From sequence record NC_026014.1: a stretch of DNA of 35,814 bases. One strand, given 5' to 3'. The DNA is from Escherichia phage P88. This document shows positions 8,856-18,185 of this stretch, piece after piece; the first letter of the stretch is position 1; every line of letters starts with the position of its first letter. The translations under genes were made by a program, and so were the position numbers. A model generated the notes under the pieces. The model ran no database searches, was not told where the DNA came from, and worked only from the letters and a program-made list of their open reading frames with translations.

Positions 8856-9815
8856 ATGAAAATTTGTATCGACGACGGCTCCACCAACATCAAGCTGGCA
8901 TGGACTGAGAACGGCGAACGCCGCAACGCCATCAGCCCGAACAGCTTCAAGTCGGAATGGTCTGCGCCGTTCGGCGGCACGCAGCCCGCGAACTACATGC
9001 TTGATGGCGTGCGCTATGGTTTTGATCCGGTCAGCGATCGCTTTGTCCAGACGACCGACACGCAATACCAGTACAGCGATGTAAATGTCATTGCCATTCA
9101 TCACGCGCTGGTCAAATCAGGCATCACGCCACAGGAGGTGGATGTGGTTGTCACCCTGCCACTGAGCGAGTATTTCGACACAAACGCACAGCCGGACATG
9201 GCCAACATCAACCGCAAAAAAGCGAACGTTATGCGCCCGGTGGAGTACCAGAACGGCGAAGCATTCACTATCCGTAACGTGCGGGTTATGCCTGAATCCA
9301 TTCCGGCTGGCTTTAAAGCACTGGCTGACATGAGTCCGTTTGAATCCCTGCTGATTGTGGATTTAGGTGGAACCACGCTGGATGTGGCAAAGGTTCAGGG
9401 ACAACTGGCAGGTATCAGCCAGGTGTTTTGCGATCCACACGTAGGCGTTTCCCTGATGGCCGATGCAGTACTGTCGGTGATGGCCACTAACGGTATGCGT
9501 ACCAGTCACCACATCGCCAATACCATTATCGAACATCGCCATGATGAAGCCTGGCTGCGCCAGCACATCCACAATGACGCGCATTACGCCAGCCTGATGG
9601 CGGTTATTCGTGAAAAGGAAGAAACACTGAAACAACGCGTGATCCGCGCGCTGGCGGGTTTTTCGGGTTACGGGCGGGTGATGGTTGTCGGTGGCGGGGC
9701 GGAGATTGTGGCACCCGCTATCCGCGAAGCCTGCGGAGTTAATGCGACTTTCATCGCGGACGGGGTGCCACAGTTTGCTCTGGTTAATGGGCTGTACGCA
9801 ATGGACAAGGAGTAA
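8856..9815 (+). CDS. parM: ParM/StbA-like actin-type ATPase (type II partition motor)
   Basis: 319 aa; N-terminus MKICIDDGSTNIKLAW...ISPNSFKSEW co-linear with plasmid R1 ParM (MLVFIDDGSTNIKLQW...ISPNSFKREW, from memory); also QYSDVNV, IVDLGGTTLDV, VMVVGGGAE. Confidence 0.9.
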   Translation: MKICIDDGSTNIKLAWTENGERRNAISPNSFKSEWSAPFGGTQPANYMLDGVRYGFDPVSDRFVQTTDTQYQYSDVNVIAIHHALVKSGITPQEVDVVVTLPLSEYFDTNAQPDMANINRKKANVMRPVEYQNGEAFTIRNVRVMPESIPAGFKALADMSPFESLLIVDLGGTTLDVAKVQGQLAGISQVFCDPHVGVSLMADAVLSVMATNGMRTSHHIANTIIEHRHDEAWLRQHIHNDAHYASLMAVIREKEETLKQRVIRALAGFSGYGRVMVVGGGAEIVAPAIREACGVNATFIADGVPQFALVNGLYAMDKE

Positions 9816-9819
9816 ACCA

Positions 9820-10131
9820 ATGACGACACCAACCAGACGGATAAGTTTCTATCTGAAGCCCGCCGCCGTCAAGAACGAAGGCGAAGCATGCGCCTGGCTG
9901 GACAGCCTTACACCAGAAGCCCGCAAAAGCGGCCAACGTGTGGCTTTTCTGGCCGGGCTGGCACTTCTGAAAATGAATCCGGCAGAGGCTTACCGACTGG
10001 CTGCATGGGCTGACGATGAGGCGTTATCAGTGACACAAACCAGGACAGAACGCCCCGCGTCACAGCCAGTACCAACCACACAGATAACCAGTCGGATGGC
10101 CGGAAATATCAGGGCGTTATTTCCCGAATAA
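9820..10131 (+). CDS. parR: ParR/StbB-like centromere-binding adaptor
   Basis: 103 aa from the ATG 4 nt after the parM stop; RRISFYLKP...LDSLTP...RVAFLAGLALLKMNP parallels R1 ParR (RRTIAFKLNP...LDSIPQ...AALTAGLALYRQDP, from memory). Confidence 0.7.
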   Translation: MTTPTRRISFYLKPAAVKNEGEACAWLDSLTPEARKSGQRVAFLAGLALLKMNPAEAYRLAAWADDEALSVTQTRTERPASQPVPTTQITSRMAGNIRALFPE

Positions 10132-10194
10132 CACAACATCAGGGCGCATCCGCCCTGATGACTTTAATCCGGGAACATAAACAAGGGGGACACA

Positions 10195-10527
10195 ATGCAA
10201 CACATTGACAGAGAAAAAGCGCAGCGACTGATTGAGCGGATGGAAGCGCTGGCGAAAGAAGAAAATGTCAACATCCAAAAAATAGCTGAATGTGGCCAGA
10301 TAGTTCTTCGTCGTGAAAAAGACCTCAAACAACTGATGTCTGGCGAAACCAGCAAAACATGGACTTCAGGCGAGGAGACGATTTATTGCAGCTTCTGCAA
10401 TAAATCTCAGTACGAAGTCACAAAGGTGATTGCCGGACCGTCTGTTTACATCTGCAATGAGTGCGTGGATTTGTGCAATGAAATTATCAGGAGAGAAGTG
10501 ACAGACAAAAAGGGAAAAAACGCATGA
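10195..10527 (+). CDS. Small protein with C-terminal ClpX-type C4 zinc-binding domain
   Basis: 110 aa; C-terminal [39 protein letters not shown] has the C-x2-C-x18-C-x2-C spacing and roughly 80% identity to the E. coli ClpX N-domain as I recall it; no AAA+ module. Confidence 0.8.
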   Translation: MQHIDREKAQRLIERMEALAKEENVNIQKIAECGQIVLRREKDLKQLMSGETSKTWTSGEETIYCSFCNKSQYEVTKVIAGPSVYICNECVDLCNEIIRREVTDKKGKNA

Positions 10528-10862
10528 ACAGAAAACAAAAACAAGAGTTGAAATACTTTTTACGTAAAGAAATTGCCAGGCTTGAAGATGCAGAATCACA
10601 ATCATCAGAAATTCCGTTCGGAATGGATATCAACGACGCCCGTATGCTCCAGGCATACCGCATAGCTCAGGCTGCACTACAGGCAAAACCGTCAGATGGA
10701 CTGGTTAGAGCAGTACGATTCTATGAACTGGTAAAGCGTGAGAATCCGCCAGCCGAAACCGGAGCATGGAAAGACGCTGTTGACTGGGTACTCAAAGAGG
10801 CTTGTCAGGTTGTAAACACTGGCATCAAAGGAGACCTAGCCCAGCCTGCATCAAAGCTATAG
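10524..10862 (+). CDS. Hypothetical protein, last gene of the cargo cluster
   Basis: 112-aa ORF overlapping the previous stop; followed by a terminator. Confidence 0.55.
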   Translation: MNRKQKQELKYFLRKEIARLEDAESQSSEIPFGMDINDARMLQAYRIAQAALQAKPSDGLVRAVRFYELVKRENPPAETGAWKDAVDWVLKEACQVVNTGIKGDLAQPASKL

Positions 10863-10873
10863 AAATGAGCCAA

Positions 10874-10900
10874 AACGCCCTCTTCCAGGGCGTTTATTTC
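10874..10900 (+). terminator. Rho-independent terminator
   Basis: Stem AACGCCCT / AGGGCGTT with 5-nt loop, then TATTTC. Confidence 0.6.
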
Positions 10901-11353
10901 AATGCACAATAGTGCACAAATTTGCACAATTTTTTTGAACGAATTTTTGCCCTTCCGGCCCGCGTGACAGTTGGATCCGTCAAGGATCCGTGCGTGCACA
11001 AAAAAACGCGCTTTTTCTGCGCGCAGGTGACGGGGGAACAGCCCGCGTTTCAGGGGGTAAATAGCGTTCCCTTAACGATGTCGCAGCGACACGACAGAAT
11101 GGCCGTATTTCTCACGCTGAGCGTGAAAAATACGTGAGGGATTCTGGTTTGATGGGGTGAAAGGTAAGGCCGTCAAAATCGCACTGAGGCGGCGAGAACA
11201 TGCAGTCAGCGCAGTGGGATTGCGTAAGAATCTGACCGTCGATGATGGCAATAAGCAGGAAAGCGTCGTGAAATTATCTGACTGATACAGGAGCTGGAGA
11301 GTCGGGGCATAAATTTTTTATGCCCCGGCGAAGCAGCAGACAAGCGAAGCGCG
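10901..11353. other. Putative cos / packaging region
   Basis: About 450 bp non-coding gap just beyond the 3' end of portal gene Q, where cos lies in P2; three TGCACAA repeats, a GGATCCGT direct repeat and a 10-bp perfect hairpin near 11306..11328. The cohesive-end sequence itself was not identified. Confidence 0.35.
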
Positions 11354-12400
11354 TCAGGATGTGGGCTGGGTATCTAACAGTGCGTAAGGGTTAAAGCGGA
11401 TCACCTCTTCGCCAAGCCAGTCATTGATGTGCTTCATGGCCTCCATGACGGGCATCAGCTCGTTAATTGCGTAAACCCGCGCGGCCTTCTCCACATCACC
11501 AAACGCACTTTTTTCGCCCGGCATCGCCCCCATCAGTTGCGGCGGAACGCGGTGCGCAGCCAGCACATCATCACGGGATGCCGCCTTAACATTCATGAAC
11601 TCATCCTTTGCGGTGATCTGCTGGAACGGCAAAATTTGCACCCCCTCTTTGCCCCCGTTGGGCGCATGAATGAGCACGTTTTTAAACGCACCACCACCAC
11701 GTGCCCCCTGTAGCGTTTCTTTCAGGGAGTCCATGCTTTCGCGGTTTACCTGCGCTGCACCGATGTAGATGATGCACCCGGCGTGGGATCCGTTGTCGTA
11801 GTACAGTTTTCTGAACATGTCCGCCGAATGAGAAAGGCTGGCCGAGAGTAATGCGCCAAGATATTCCGGCATGCCGTAGATTTCCTGGTTAATATCCGGA
11901 TTCATCAGGTGGCACACTTTGCCAGGACGAAACTGAAACGCGTCCTTGCCATCCTGCACATACCACCATGATTCAAGATCGCTTCCGCGTCGCATGTATT
12001 TCGCCAGGGCGTGCCGTAATTTAAGCGGTTCGCCGAGCATATTGCTCCGAAGCTCAAGGAATGCGTTACCGAACACAAACCAGTCCAGCGCCAGCGCCGA
12101 GAAATCCTGCCGGGAAAGCAGCGGGTGCGGAATATAGCAGCCGAGCAATACATTGCGCTTAAAGTAAAGCGCAGACTGATGCCAGGACGTTTGCCGGGCA
12201 GCTCTTGCCAGACCGTACCAGTCCACCGGGGTTTCATACCACCGCCCGTTATCAGCACAGTACATATTGTCCAGCAGGTCATGCCCGGTCAGGCGATAAG
12301 GCCCATCAAATGTGAATGCACTGAGCGATGATTCTTTCCTGAGCGCATCAGCGAGATCAATGCGTGAACTCATGCGCACTTTTTTATTTTTTCTGCTCAT
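11354..12400 (-). CDS. Q: Portal protein (P2 gpQ-like)
   Basis: 348 aa, P2 Q-like size; divergent from the O-N-M-L operon and immediately downstream of P, as in P2. Confidence 0.93.
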   Translation of the reverse strand: MSRKNKKVRMSSRIDLADALRKESSLSAFTFDGPYRLTGHDLLDNMYCADNGRWYETPVDWYGLARAARQTSWHQSALYFKRNVLLGCYIPHPLLSRQDFSALALDWFVFGNAFLELRSNMLGEPLKLRHALAKYMRRGSDLESWWYVQDGKDAFQFRPGKVCHLMNPDINQEIYGMPEYLGALLSASLSHSADMFRKLYYDNGSHAGCIIYIGAAQVNRESMDSLKETLQGARGGGAFKNVLIHAPNGGKEGVQILPFQQITAKDEFMNVKAASRDDVLAAHRVPPQLMGAMPGEKSAFGDVEKAARVYAINELMPVMEAMKHINDWLGEEVIRFNPYALLDTQPTS

Positions 12401-14151
12401 CAGAACTCCATAACCGTGAAACGCTCGTTTTCTCCTTCGCCGCCAATCGGTTCGTTAATGACAGCAAGCATGGTTGCCCACGCAAGGTCACCGTGGCTGA
12501 TCCCCCTCGCTCGGTCCGTTTCGTAAGTGATAAAGCCGCCCGGTGTTTTCACCTTACGCACGGCGTTAAAGGCCGCGACCAGCTCGCGTTCGGCACGATC
12601 GTATTCCCACCGCCCGGCACGCATTATTTGCAGCATTTTCAGTACCAGCGACCGTTTTGATGACAGCGTGAAGGTGTACGGAATAGCAGCAGGGAAAAAC
12701 CGTTTCACTATCTGATAAACGGCATCCCCGTGCCCGCCAGTCGCATCAATGCCGATGTGTTCCACGTTGTAGCGACACGTGAACTCTTCAATGACTCTGG
12801 CCTGTTCTTCAAACTCCAGCCCCTGAACGCGTCGCGTCTCCACCGTTCGAAAACGGCCACCAGGAACAGCCGGAGGAACCACCACGGACACCGCGCCGCT
12901 GTCGCCGTTTCCACTGCTGCCGTTTGCGTCATACCCAATCCATACCGGACGATTCCCCATCGGGCGGGGAGCAAAAGGTTTCCAGTCTTTCCAGTCGTCG
13001 TATCCATCAACACCGCAGCCAATCAGGATATTCAGGTTAAATGCCGATTCCCCTTCGCGGACAAACTCACACATATAGAGATTGCGGAACTCGTCTTCGG
13101 TGTTTTCATCACGAATTTCATCAATATCGGTGTGTTTCCAGCCGTGATTAACCACATCTTCCAGCGTGACAATTTGCCGCCACGTCCGGTCGGGGCAGAT
13201 AAGTCCGTTATGCAGCGTTTTCCAGCCCACAGAAAAACGCTGGCGTTTATGCGCGGCCTTTTTCTCGTTCCAGCGGTCGCCGTTCCAATAGACGTATGCC
13301 TCGTGCGTTTCGGTGGATGGCGTGGAGAAGTAGGTGCGCCGCAGTCCGCTGAGGGTTGCCATAGCGCCAGCCACCTTGCGCAGTTCAGCAAAGCGACTGA
13401 CCCAGAAAAATTCATCAAAATAAAAATTGCCTGTGTAGGACTGTGCCGTCGCAGCAGAAGTACCGAGAAAATGCAGTTCTGCGCCGTTGGAGAGGATGAT
13501 TTTATCGCCCCCTTTCAGCTCCACATCAACTTCAGCCGCGGCCTTCTGAATAATGCTTTTAAACTGGAACGCCTGACGACGCGACGCAGACAAAAAAATC
13601 TGGTTACGCTGGTAAGGTTGTGCCACATCGTCACGCAGCGCCATCAGCAGTGCTTCCTGTGCAAAATACCAGGTCGCCCCAATCTGTCGGGATTTCAGGA
13701 TCATCCTGTTACGTATCCCGGCTTCACTGCAAAGGGTCAGGGAGTCAAACCAGCCCCGCTGATGCCACTCCAGCCTGCTGATGATTTTTTCCCGCAGTGC
13801 GGCAATCTGCTCCGGCGTGAAATGATTTTTAAGTTTTTTTGCCCGGCCTTTCTTTCCTGTGGCCGTCGCATCCGGCTGGCCATCATGCAGTTTTTTAAGC
13901 TGCCGGGTCAGCAGGTCTATTTCCTTAAAGTCACCACCTGTTTTATTCTGTTTTTCAGTAAGCTGGATGAGGCGCGCATCGATGGACTGCGTGACACGCT
14001 GCACGGGTGGCGTTTCATCCCACTGGTCGCGTTTTTTCCACGCATAAATCGTGTTCGGGTTTATTCCCATCAGACGTGATATTTCTGCGGGCGGATAACC
14101 CTGCCAGTAAAGTTGCCGCGCACGCTGGCGCACAAAAGCGTCCTGAATCAT
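12400..14151 (-). CDS. P: Terminase large (ATPase) subunit (P2 gpP-like)
   Basis: 583 aa; N-terminal MIQDAFVRQRARQLYWQGYPPAEISRLMGINPNTIYAWKKRDQWDE HTH-like start typical of P2 P; overlaps Q by 1 nt. Confidence 0.93.
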   Translation of the reverse strand: MIQDAFVRQRARQLYWQGYPPAEISRLMGINPNTIYAWKKRDQWDETPPVQRVTQSIDARLIQLTEKQNKTGGDFKEIDLLTRQLKKLHDGQPDATATGKKGRAKKLKNHFTPEQIAALREKIISRLEWHQRGWFDSLTLCSEAGIRNRMILKSRQIGATWYFAQEALLMALRDDVAQPYQRNQIFLSASRRQAFQFKSIIQKAAAEVDVELKGGDKIILSNGAELHFLGTSAATAQSYTGNFYFDEFFWVSRFAELRKVAGAMATLSGLRRTYFSTPSTETHEAYVYWNGDRWNEKKAAHKRQRFSVGWKTLHNGLICPDRTWRQIVTLEDVVNHGWKHTDIDEIRDENTEDEFRNLYMCEFVREGESAFNLNILIGCGVDGYDDWKDWKPFAPRPMGNRPVWIGYDANGSSGNGDSGAVSVVVPPAVPGGRFRTVETRRVQGLEFEEQARVIEEFTCRYNVEHIGIDATGGHGDAVYQIVKRFFPAAIPYTFTLSSKRSLVLKMLQIMRAGRWEYDRAERELVAAFNAVRKVKTPGGFITYETDRARGISHGDLAWATMLAVINEPIGGEGENERFTVMEF

Positions 14152-14305
14152 TGCTCCCCCTGAGTAATTACAGGAAGATTACCCGCGCGCGAAACCGTTC
14201 TCCTTAACCCCCTGTTCTGGCCGTTTTCTTACAACAAAAGCCCTTTGTATCAGCCTGTTACGCTTTGCCATCATGACTGAAGAACCAGTCAGAGGGGCAA
14301 AAACT
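14152..14305. promoter_or_regulatory. Divergent late promoter region between P and O (expected Ogr-dependent)
   Basis: Position matches the divergent P2 late promoters; no consensus site verified. Confidence 0.3.
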
Positions 14306-15142
14306 ATGGCTAATGAAAAAAAGACATCCCGCAAAAAGTTTCGCGTGGCTGTCTCCGGATCAACTGTTGATGGCCGTGAAATCAGTCCGGTGCATCTGCG
14401 TGAAGCCGCCGAGAACTTCAACCCGGATGTTTACGCTGCCCGCGTGAACGTTGAGCACTATCTCTCGCCATGCCCGTCAAGCGAATTTTCCGCAATGGGC
14501 GATGTCACCGCACTGAGTACGGAAGACATTACGGAAGGTCCGCTGGCCGGACGTACTGCGCTGTATGCAGAAATCGAACCGACCGAGCGCATGAAGCAGC
14601 TTGTCGCGGACGGCAAGAAAATCTATTCCAGTATCGAACTGCACCCGCAGTTCTCCGTTAACGGGCGCGCCTATCTGGTCGGGCTGGCGATGACCGACAC
14701 CCCGGCAAGCCTGGGCACTGAGCGCCTGAAATTCACGGCACAGCAACGTCAGGCGGTGATGACGTTCAACAGTGTCCAGGGTGAAGCACCGCTCATTTCC
14801 GAAGCCATCGAGTCTGAAATCATCGAAATGGCAGAACAACGCCAGGAAGAAGGCACCCAGTGGTTTAACCGCGTAATGGGGATTATTGGTCGTGGCCGCA
14901 AAGCGGATGACGCCAGTTTCTCCCGTATTCAGGAAGCGGTGGAAGGCGTCGCAACGTCACAGGCCGACATTATCGACCGTTTTAATGTGCTGGAAACCCG
15001 CCATCAGCAGGACCGCCAGAAAATCACGTCACTGACCACAGAGCTGACAGCACTGAAGGAAAAACTGCGCACGCAGGACGGCGATCCGCAGAACCGCTTC
15101 ACCGCAACGGGCGCAGCCTCCGACCAGCTGGCTGACTTCTGA
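14306..15142 (+). CDS. O: Capsid scaffolding protein (P2 gpO-like)
   Basis: Start placed at the internal ATG (MANEKKTSRKKFRVAVSGSTVDGREISPVHLREAAENFNPDVY) with GAGGGG SD, paralleling the P2 gpO N-terminus; the track ORF begins at 14273. Confidence 0.88.
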   Translation: MANEKKTSRKKFRVAVSGSTVDGREISPVHLREAAENFNPDVYAARVNVEHYLSPCPSSEFSAMGDVTALSTEDITEGPLAGRTALYAEIEPTERMKQLVADGKKIYSSIELHPQFSVNGRAYLVGLAMTDTPASLGTERLKFTAQQRQAVMTFNSVQGEAPLISEAIESEIIEMAEQRQEEGTQWFNRVMGIIGRGRKADDASFSRIQEAVEGVATSQADIIDRFNVLETRHQQDRQKITSLTTELTALKEKLRTQDGDPQNRFTATGAASDQLADF

Positions 15143-15164
15143 TAAGACAAAGGAGCAAATTTTT

Positions 15165-16217
15165 ATGAATCTGGTGATGTCAGATATTACCCGCAACAAG
15201 CTGGGTTGCTATATGGCGCAGCAGGCGTCGCTTAACAATATCCCGGTATCTGCACTGGTATCGCGATTTACCGTGGAACCCTCGGTGCAGCAGCGTTTTG
15301 AAAACGCAGTAAAGGAGAGCACTGAATTTACAAAAAAAATTAACGTGTTCGGTGTGACTGACCAGAAAGGCGAAAAAATCCTCCTGGACACCACCGGGCC
15401 GATTGCGCGCACGAATACCAGTTATGACGGCACAAAACGCCGTAACCCGAATAACGTGGTTGATCTGAAAAACCGCAAATACCAGTGCGAACAGGTGAAC
15501 TACGACACGTTTATTTCGTATCCGCAGCTTGATGCCTGGGCGGCACACCCTGATTTTCAGTCCCGCGTCAGCACACAGATTGCCCGGCAGGTGGCGCTTG
15601 ACCGCATCATGATCGGTTTCAACGGCACGTCTCACGCGGATGAGTCCAACTTCAGCACTAACAAGCTGCTTCAGGACGTTAACGTGGGATGGCTGGAGCA
15701 CATCAGAACCGACGCCAGCGAGCGCGTTATGAATGATGTAACGCTGACCTCCCGCAACATGGACAACACCGTGGCGCACGCGGGTAAATATGCGAACGCT
15801 GATGCACTGGTACAGGACGCGCGCTCATCCCTGCTGGATGAATGGCACAAGGAAGCTGACGACCTCGTGGTGATTATGGGGCGCAACCTGTTTAACTCGC
15901 TGCGTCTGCCCGTGCTGAACAGCATCAGCGGCCAGAATCCCAATGCGGAATTACTTGCCGGACAGCTCATCCTGTCATCGCGCGCCATTGGCGGGCTGGA
16001 TGTATTCCTTGCGCCGTTCTTCCCGGATGCAACGATGCTGATCACCTCGTTCAACAACCTGTCAATTTACTGGCAGAAAGGAACAATGCGTCGCCTGATG
16101 AAAGACGAGCCGGAATACAACCGCATCGCCACCTACCAGTCCATCAATGACGCTTATGTCGTTGAAGACTATGGCAAGTGCGCGATGGTCACTGGCCTGA
16201 AGTTCGCCGACAGCTAA
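15165..16217 (+). CDS. N: Major capsid protein (P2 gpN-like)
   Basis: 350 aa; blocks FTVEPSVQQ, MLQDVNVGWL, LVVIMGRNL, NLSIYWQ, YVVEDYG match the P2 N pattern. Confidence 0.93.
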   Translation: MNLVMSDITRNKLGCYMAQQASLNNIPVSALVSRFTVEPSVQQRFENAVKESTEFTKKINVFGVTDQKGEKILLDTTGPIARTNTSYDGTKRRNPNNVVDLKNRKYQCEQVNYDTFISYPQLDAWAAHPDFQSRVSTQIARQVALDRIMIGFNGTSHADESNFSTNKLLQDVNVGWLEHIRTDASERVMNDVTLTSRNMDNTVAHAGKYANADALVQDARSSLLDEWHKEADDLVVIMGRNLFNSLRLPVLNSISGQNPNAELLAGQLILSSRAIGGLDVFLAPFFPDATMLITSFNNLSIYWQKGTMRRLMKDEPEYNRIATYQSINDAYVVEDYGKCAMVTGLKFADS

Positions 16218-16262
16218 TCACCTCACGGCGGGCATCATGCCCGCCTGTAACGGAGAGAAAAA

Positions 16263-17063
16263 ATGATTACTCCTGCACAGCAACACTGGCAGAACGTGAT
16301 GGCACAGCGCGCAGGCCGGGCGAATGAAGGCGTGGACCACGCCGCGCGTACCGCGCATGAAGAGGTGCTGTATCGTCTGCGTCTGGCACAGGCCCGGCTT
16401 AAGGGCGTACAGGCCAGAAGCGCGAAAGCCGCCATCAAAAAAGAGTTATTGCCGGACTTTTCCGGCTGGATTGAGGGAACGCTGGAGGCTGACGGCGGGC
16501 AGCAGGATGAAGTGATTGCCACGCTGATGGTGTGGGCGATTGACTGCGGCGATCTTCCGCTGGCGCTGCGTATTGGTGCATATGTGGTCCGTCACAACCT
16601 CATCATGCCGGATAACTTTGGACGTACTGCTGCCACGGTACTGACCGAAGAAATCTGTAATCCGGTACTGACGCAGGCCGGGACGGATGCCGACGCGGAT
16701 TTGTCCGCCTTTATCGAACCACTGGACACCCTCCGGGAGATTGTCACCGACCAGGACATGCCGGACGAAGTGCGCGCCAAATTATGCAAAGCGTGCGCCT
16801 TTGCCCGCCGTGGCCTGACCGATGCGGACAGCATGGCCTCATCACTGAAGCTGCTGCGCGAAGCGATGCACCTGAACCCGAACGCAGGTGTGAAACGCGA
16901 GATTGCAACCCTTTCCCGCGCCCTGAAAAAAGCCGATTCCGCAGCCGAACCAGAAGACGCCAGCGCACCGCAGGCGCAGGACGAAAGCAGCAAAAGTAAA
17001 AAGACAACGCGGAAGCCTGCAACACGAAAAACCACCGCGACGCAGAAGGCGAAGCGCGGTTAA
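16263..17063 (+). CDS. M: Terminase small (endonuclease) subunit (P2 gpM-like)
   Basis: 266 aa; KKELLPDF, MPDEVRAKL and basic C-terminal tail as in P2 M. Confidence 0.88.
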   Translation: MITPAQQHWQNVMAQRAGRANEGVDHAARTAHEEVLYRLRLAQARLKGVQARSAKAAIKKELLPDFSGWIEGTLEADGGQQDEVIATLMVWAIDCGDLPLALRIGAYVVRHNLIMPDNFGRTAATVLTEEICNPVLTQAGTDADADLSAFIEPLDTLREIVTDQDMPDEVRAKLCKACAFARRGLTDADSMASSLKLLREAMHLNPNAGVKREIATLSRALKKADSAAEPEDASAPQAQDESSKSKKTTRKPATRKTTATQKAKRG

Positions 17064-17155
17064 CGACTGACCCCGTCAGCGGGCGGCGTGCGCGGTGTTC
17101 CGGTTTGACTCCGTGACCGTTTACACCGCGCACCCACCGCCCGATTTTTTCAGGA

Positions 17156-17659
17156 GTGAACCCCATGAGTATGGTTGCCAGAACTGAACCCGGACCCGCA
17201 GAGGACGACATCACCGATACCGATGATGGCGATACCCGTATTTCAGCGGGCGCATTCTGGCCGGATATTGTGCTGCGCGAGCTGCGTCTGGCGGTACGAC
17301 TGCCGGGCCGCGTGACCACCTCCCGCCTGCTGCATACTGCCACCGGGGCTGTGGCACACGTTACCCGCGAGCTGGAAGCATGGCAGCAGGAACAGCAGGC
17401 AGCTGGCCATCAGACGCTGGCCGATGTTCCGGCACCCGTAATTAACGGAGAAAGCGTCAATCTCTGGCACTGGCGCAATGCTGTTTATACCGCCACGCGC
17501 GCCCTGATTCTGGAGCGTTATCGTGATGCAGACACAACGGACAAGGGCGACCGCCGGGCGGACGCTCTGGATATACAGACATCGGATTTGTGGCGTGATG
17601 TGAGCTGGGCCATCTCTGACATTCTGTGCCGCCCGCGAATCTTTGCGGAGCTGTGCTGA
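17156..17659 (+). CDS. L: Head completion/stabilisation protein (P2 gpL-like)
   Basis: 167 aa; LADVPAP...GESV...ERYRD...KGDRRADALD...LWRDVSWA parallels P2 L; start could instead be the ATG at 17165. Confidence 0.82.
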   Translation: MNPMSMVARTEPGPAEDDITDTDDGDTRISAGAFWPDIVLRELRLAVRLPGRVTTSRLLHTATGAVAHVTRELEAWQQEQQAAGHQTLADVPAPVINGESVNLWHWRNAVYTATRALILERYRDADTTDKGDRRADALDIQTSDLWRDVSWAISDILCRPRIFAELC

Positions 17660-17859
17660 TGAAAGTGAAGGCACTAGAAGGCGACACCGTGGATTCGCTC
17701 TGTTTCCGGTACTACGGCACGACGCAGGGCGTCACCGAAAAGGTGCTGGATGCCAACCCCGGACTCTGTCAGCAGGTATTTCTGGACGCCGGGCAGGAAG
17801 TTGAGATGCCGGAGCCGGAGAAGAAGAAACGAGAAATGATTCAGTTGTGGGGGGAGTAG
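17659..17859 (+). CDS. X: Tail protein X (LysM-like, P2 gpX-like)
   Basis: 66 aa from the ATG overlapping the L stop (TGATG); MKVKALEGDTVDSLCFRYYGTTQGVTEKVLDANPGL matches P2 X. Confidence 0.82.
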   Translation: MKVKALEGDTVDSLCFRYYGTTQGVTEKVLDANPGLCQQVFLDAGQEVEMPEPEKKKREMIQLWGE

Positions 17860-18185
17860 CAGTGAGCACCATTCAAACAGGGATCACAGAGCAGGTTATT
17901 GCGTGGCTCTTTGACCACCTGCCAACGGTGTATGCAGCAGGCGCGGCGGTCAGCATTTCCGCGCTGATGAGTCTTTATGACGGACGAACACTGGTTCAGA
18001 CCGTAACGGGATCGCTGGCGTGCGGCGTTCTTGCCATGGCCGTGGCCGGGTCGTTGCGCTTCTTCGGGTTTCCTGAAGATGCCGTGACGTTTATCGGCGC
18101 ATCAATCGGTTTTATGGGTGCAGAGAAAGCACGCGACAAGGTTATTGCGGCCTTTAATCGCAGGGTGAAGGAGAAGGACGAATGA
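17847..18185 (+). CDS. Y: Holin (P2 gpY-like)
   Basis: 112 aa with hydrophobic helices and charged C-terminus, immediately before the endolysin. Confidence 0.7.
   Translation: MGGVAVSTIQTGITEQVIAWLFDHLPTVYAAGAAVSISALMSLYDGRTLVQTVTGSLACGVLAMAVAGSLRFFGFPEDAVTFIGASIGFMGAEKARDKVIAAFNRRVKEKDE

Noticed and set aside
10922-11137. 71-aa ORF in the putative cos region
   Set aside because: No ribosome-binding site, overlaps repeat and hairpin elements; the region is more plausibly a packaging site.
12730-14079. 449-aa ORF on the plus strand antisense to terminase P
   Set aside because: Shadow ORF of a GC-rich gene: no recognisable domains, and the opposite-strand terminase is strongly supported.
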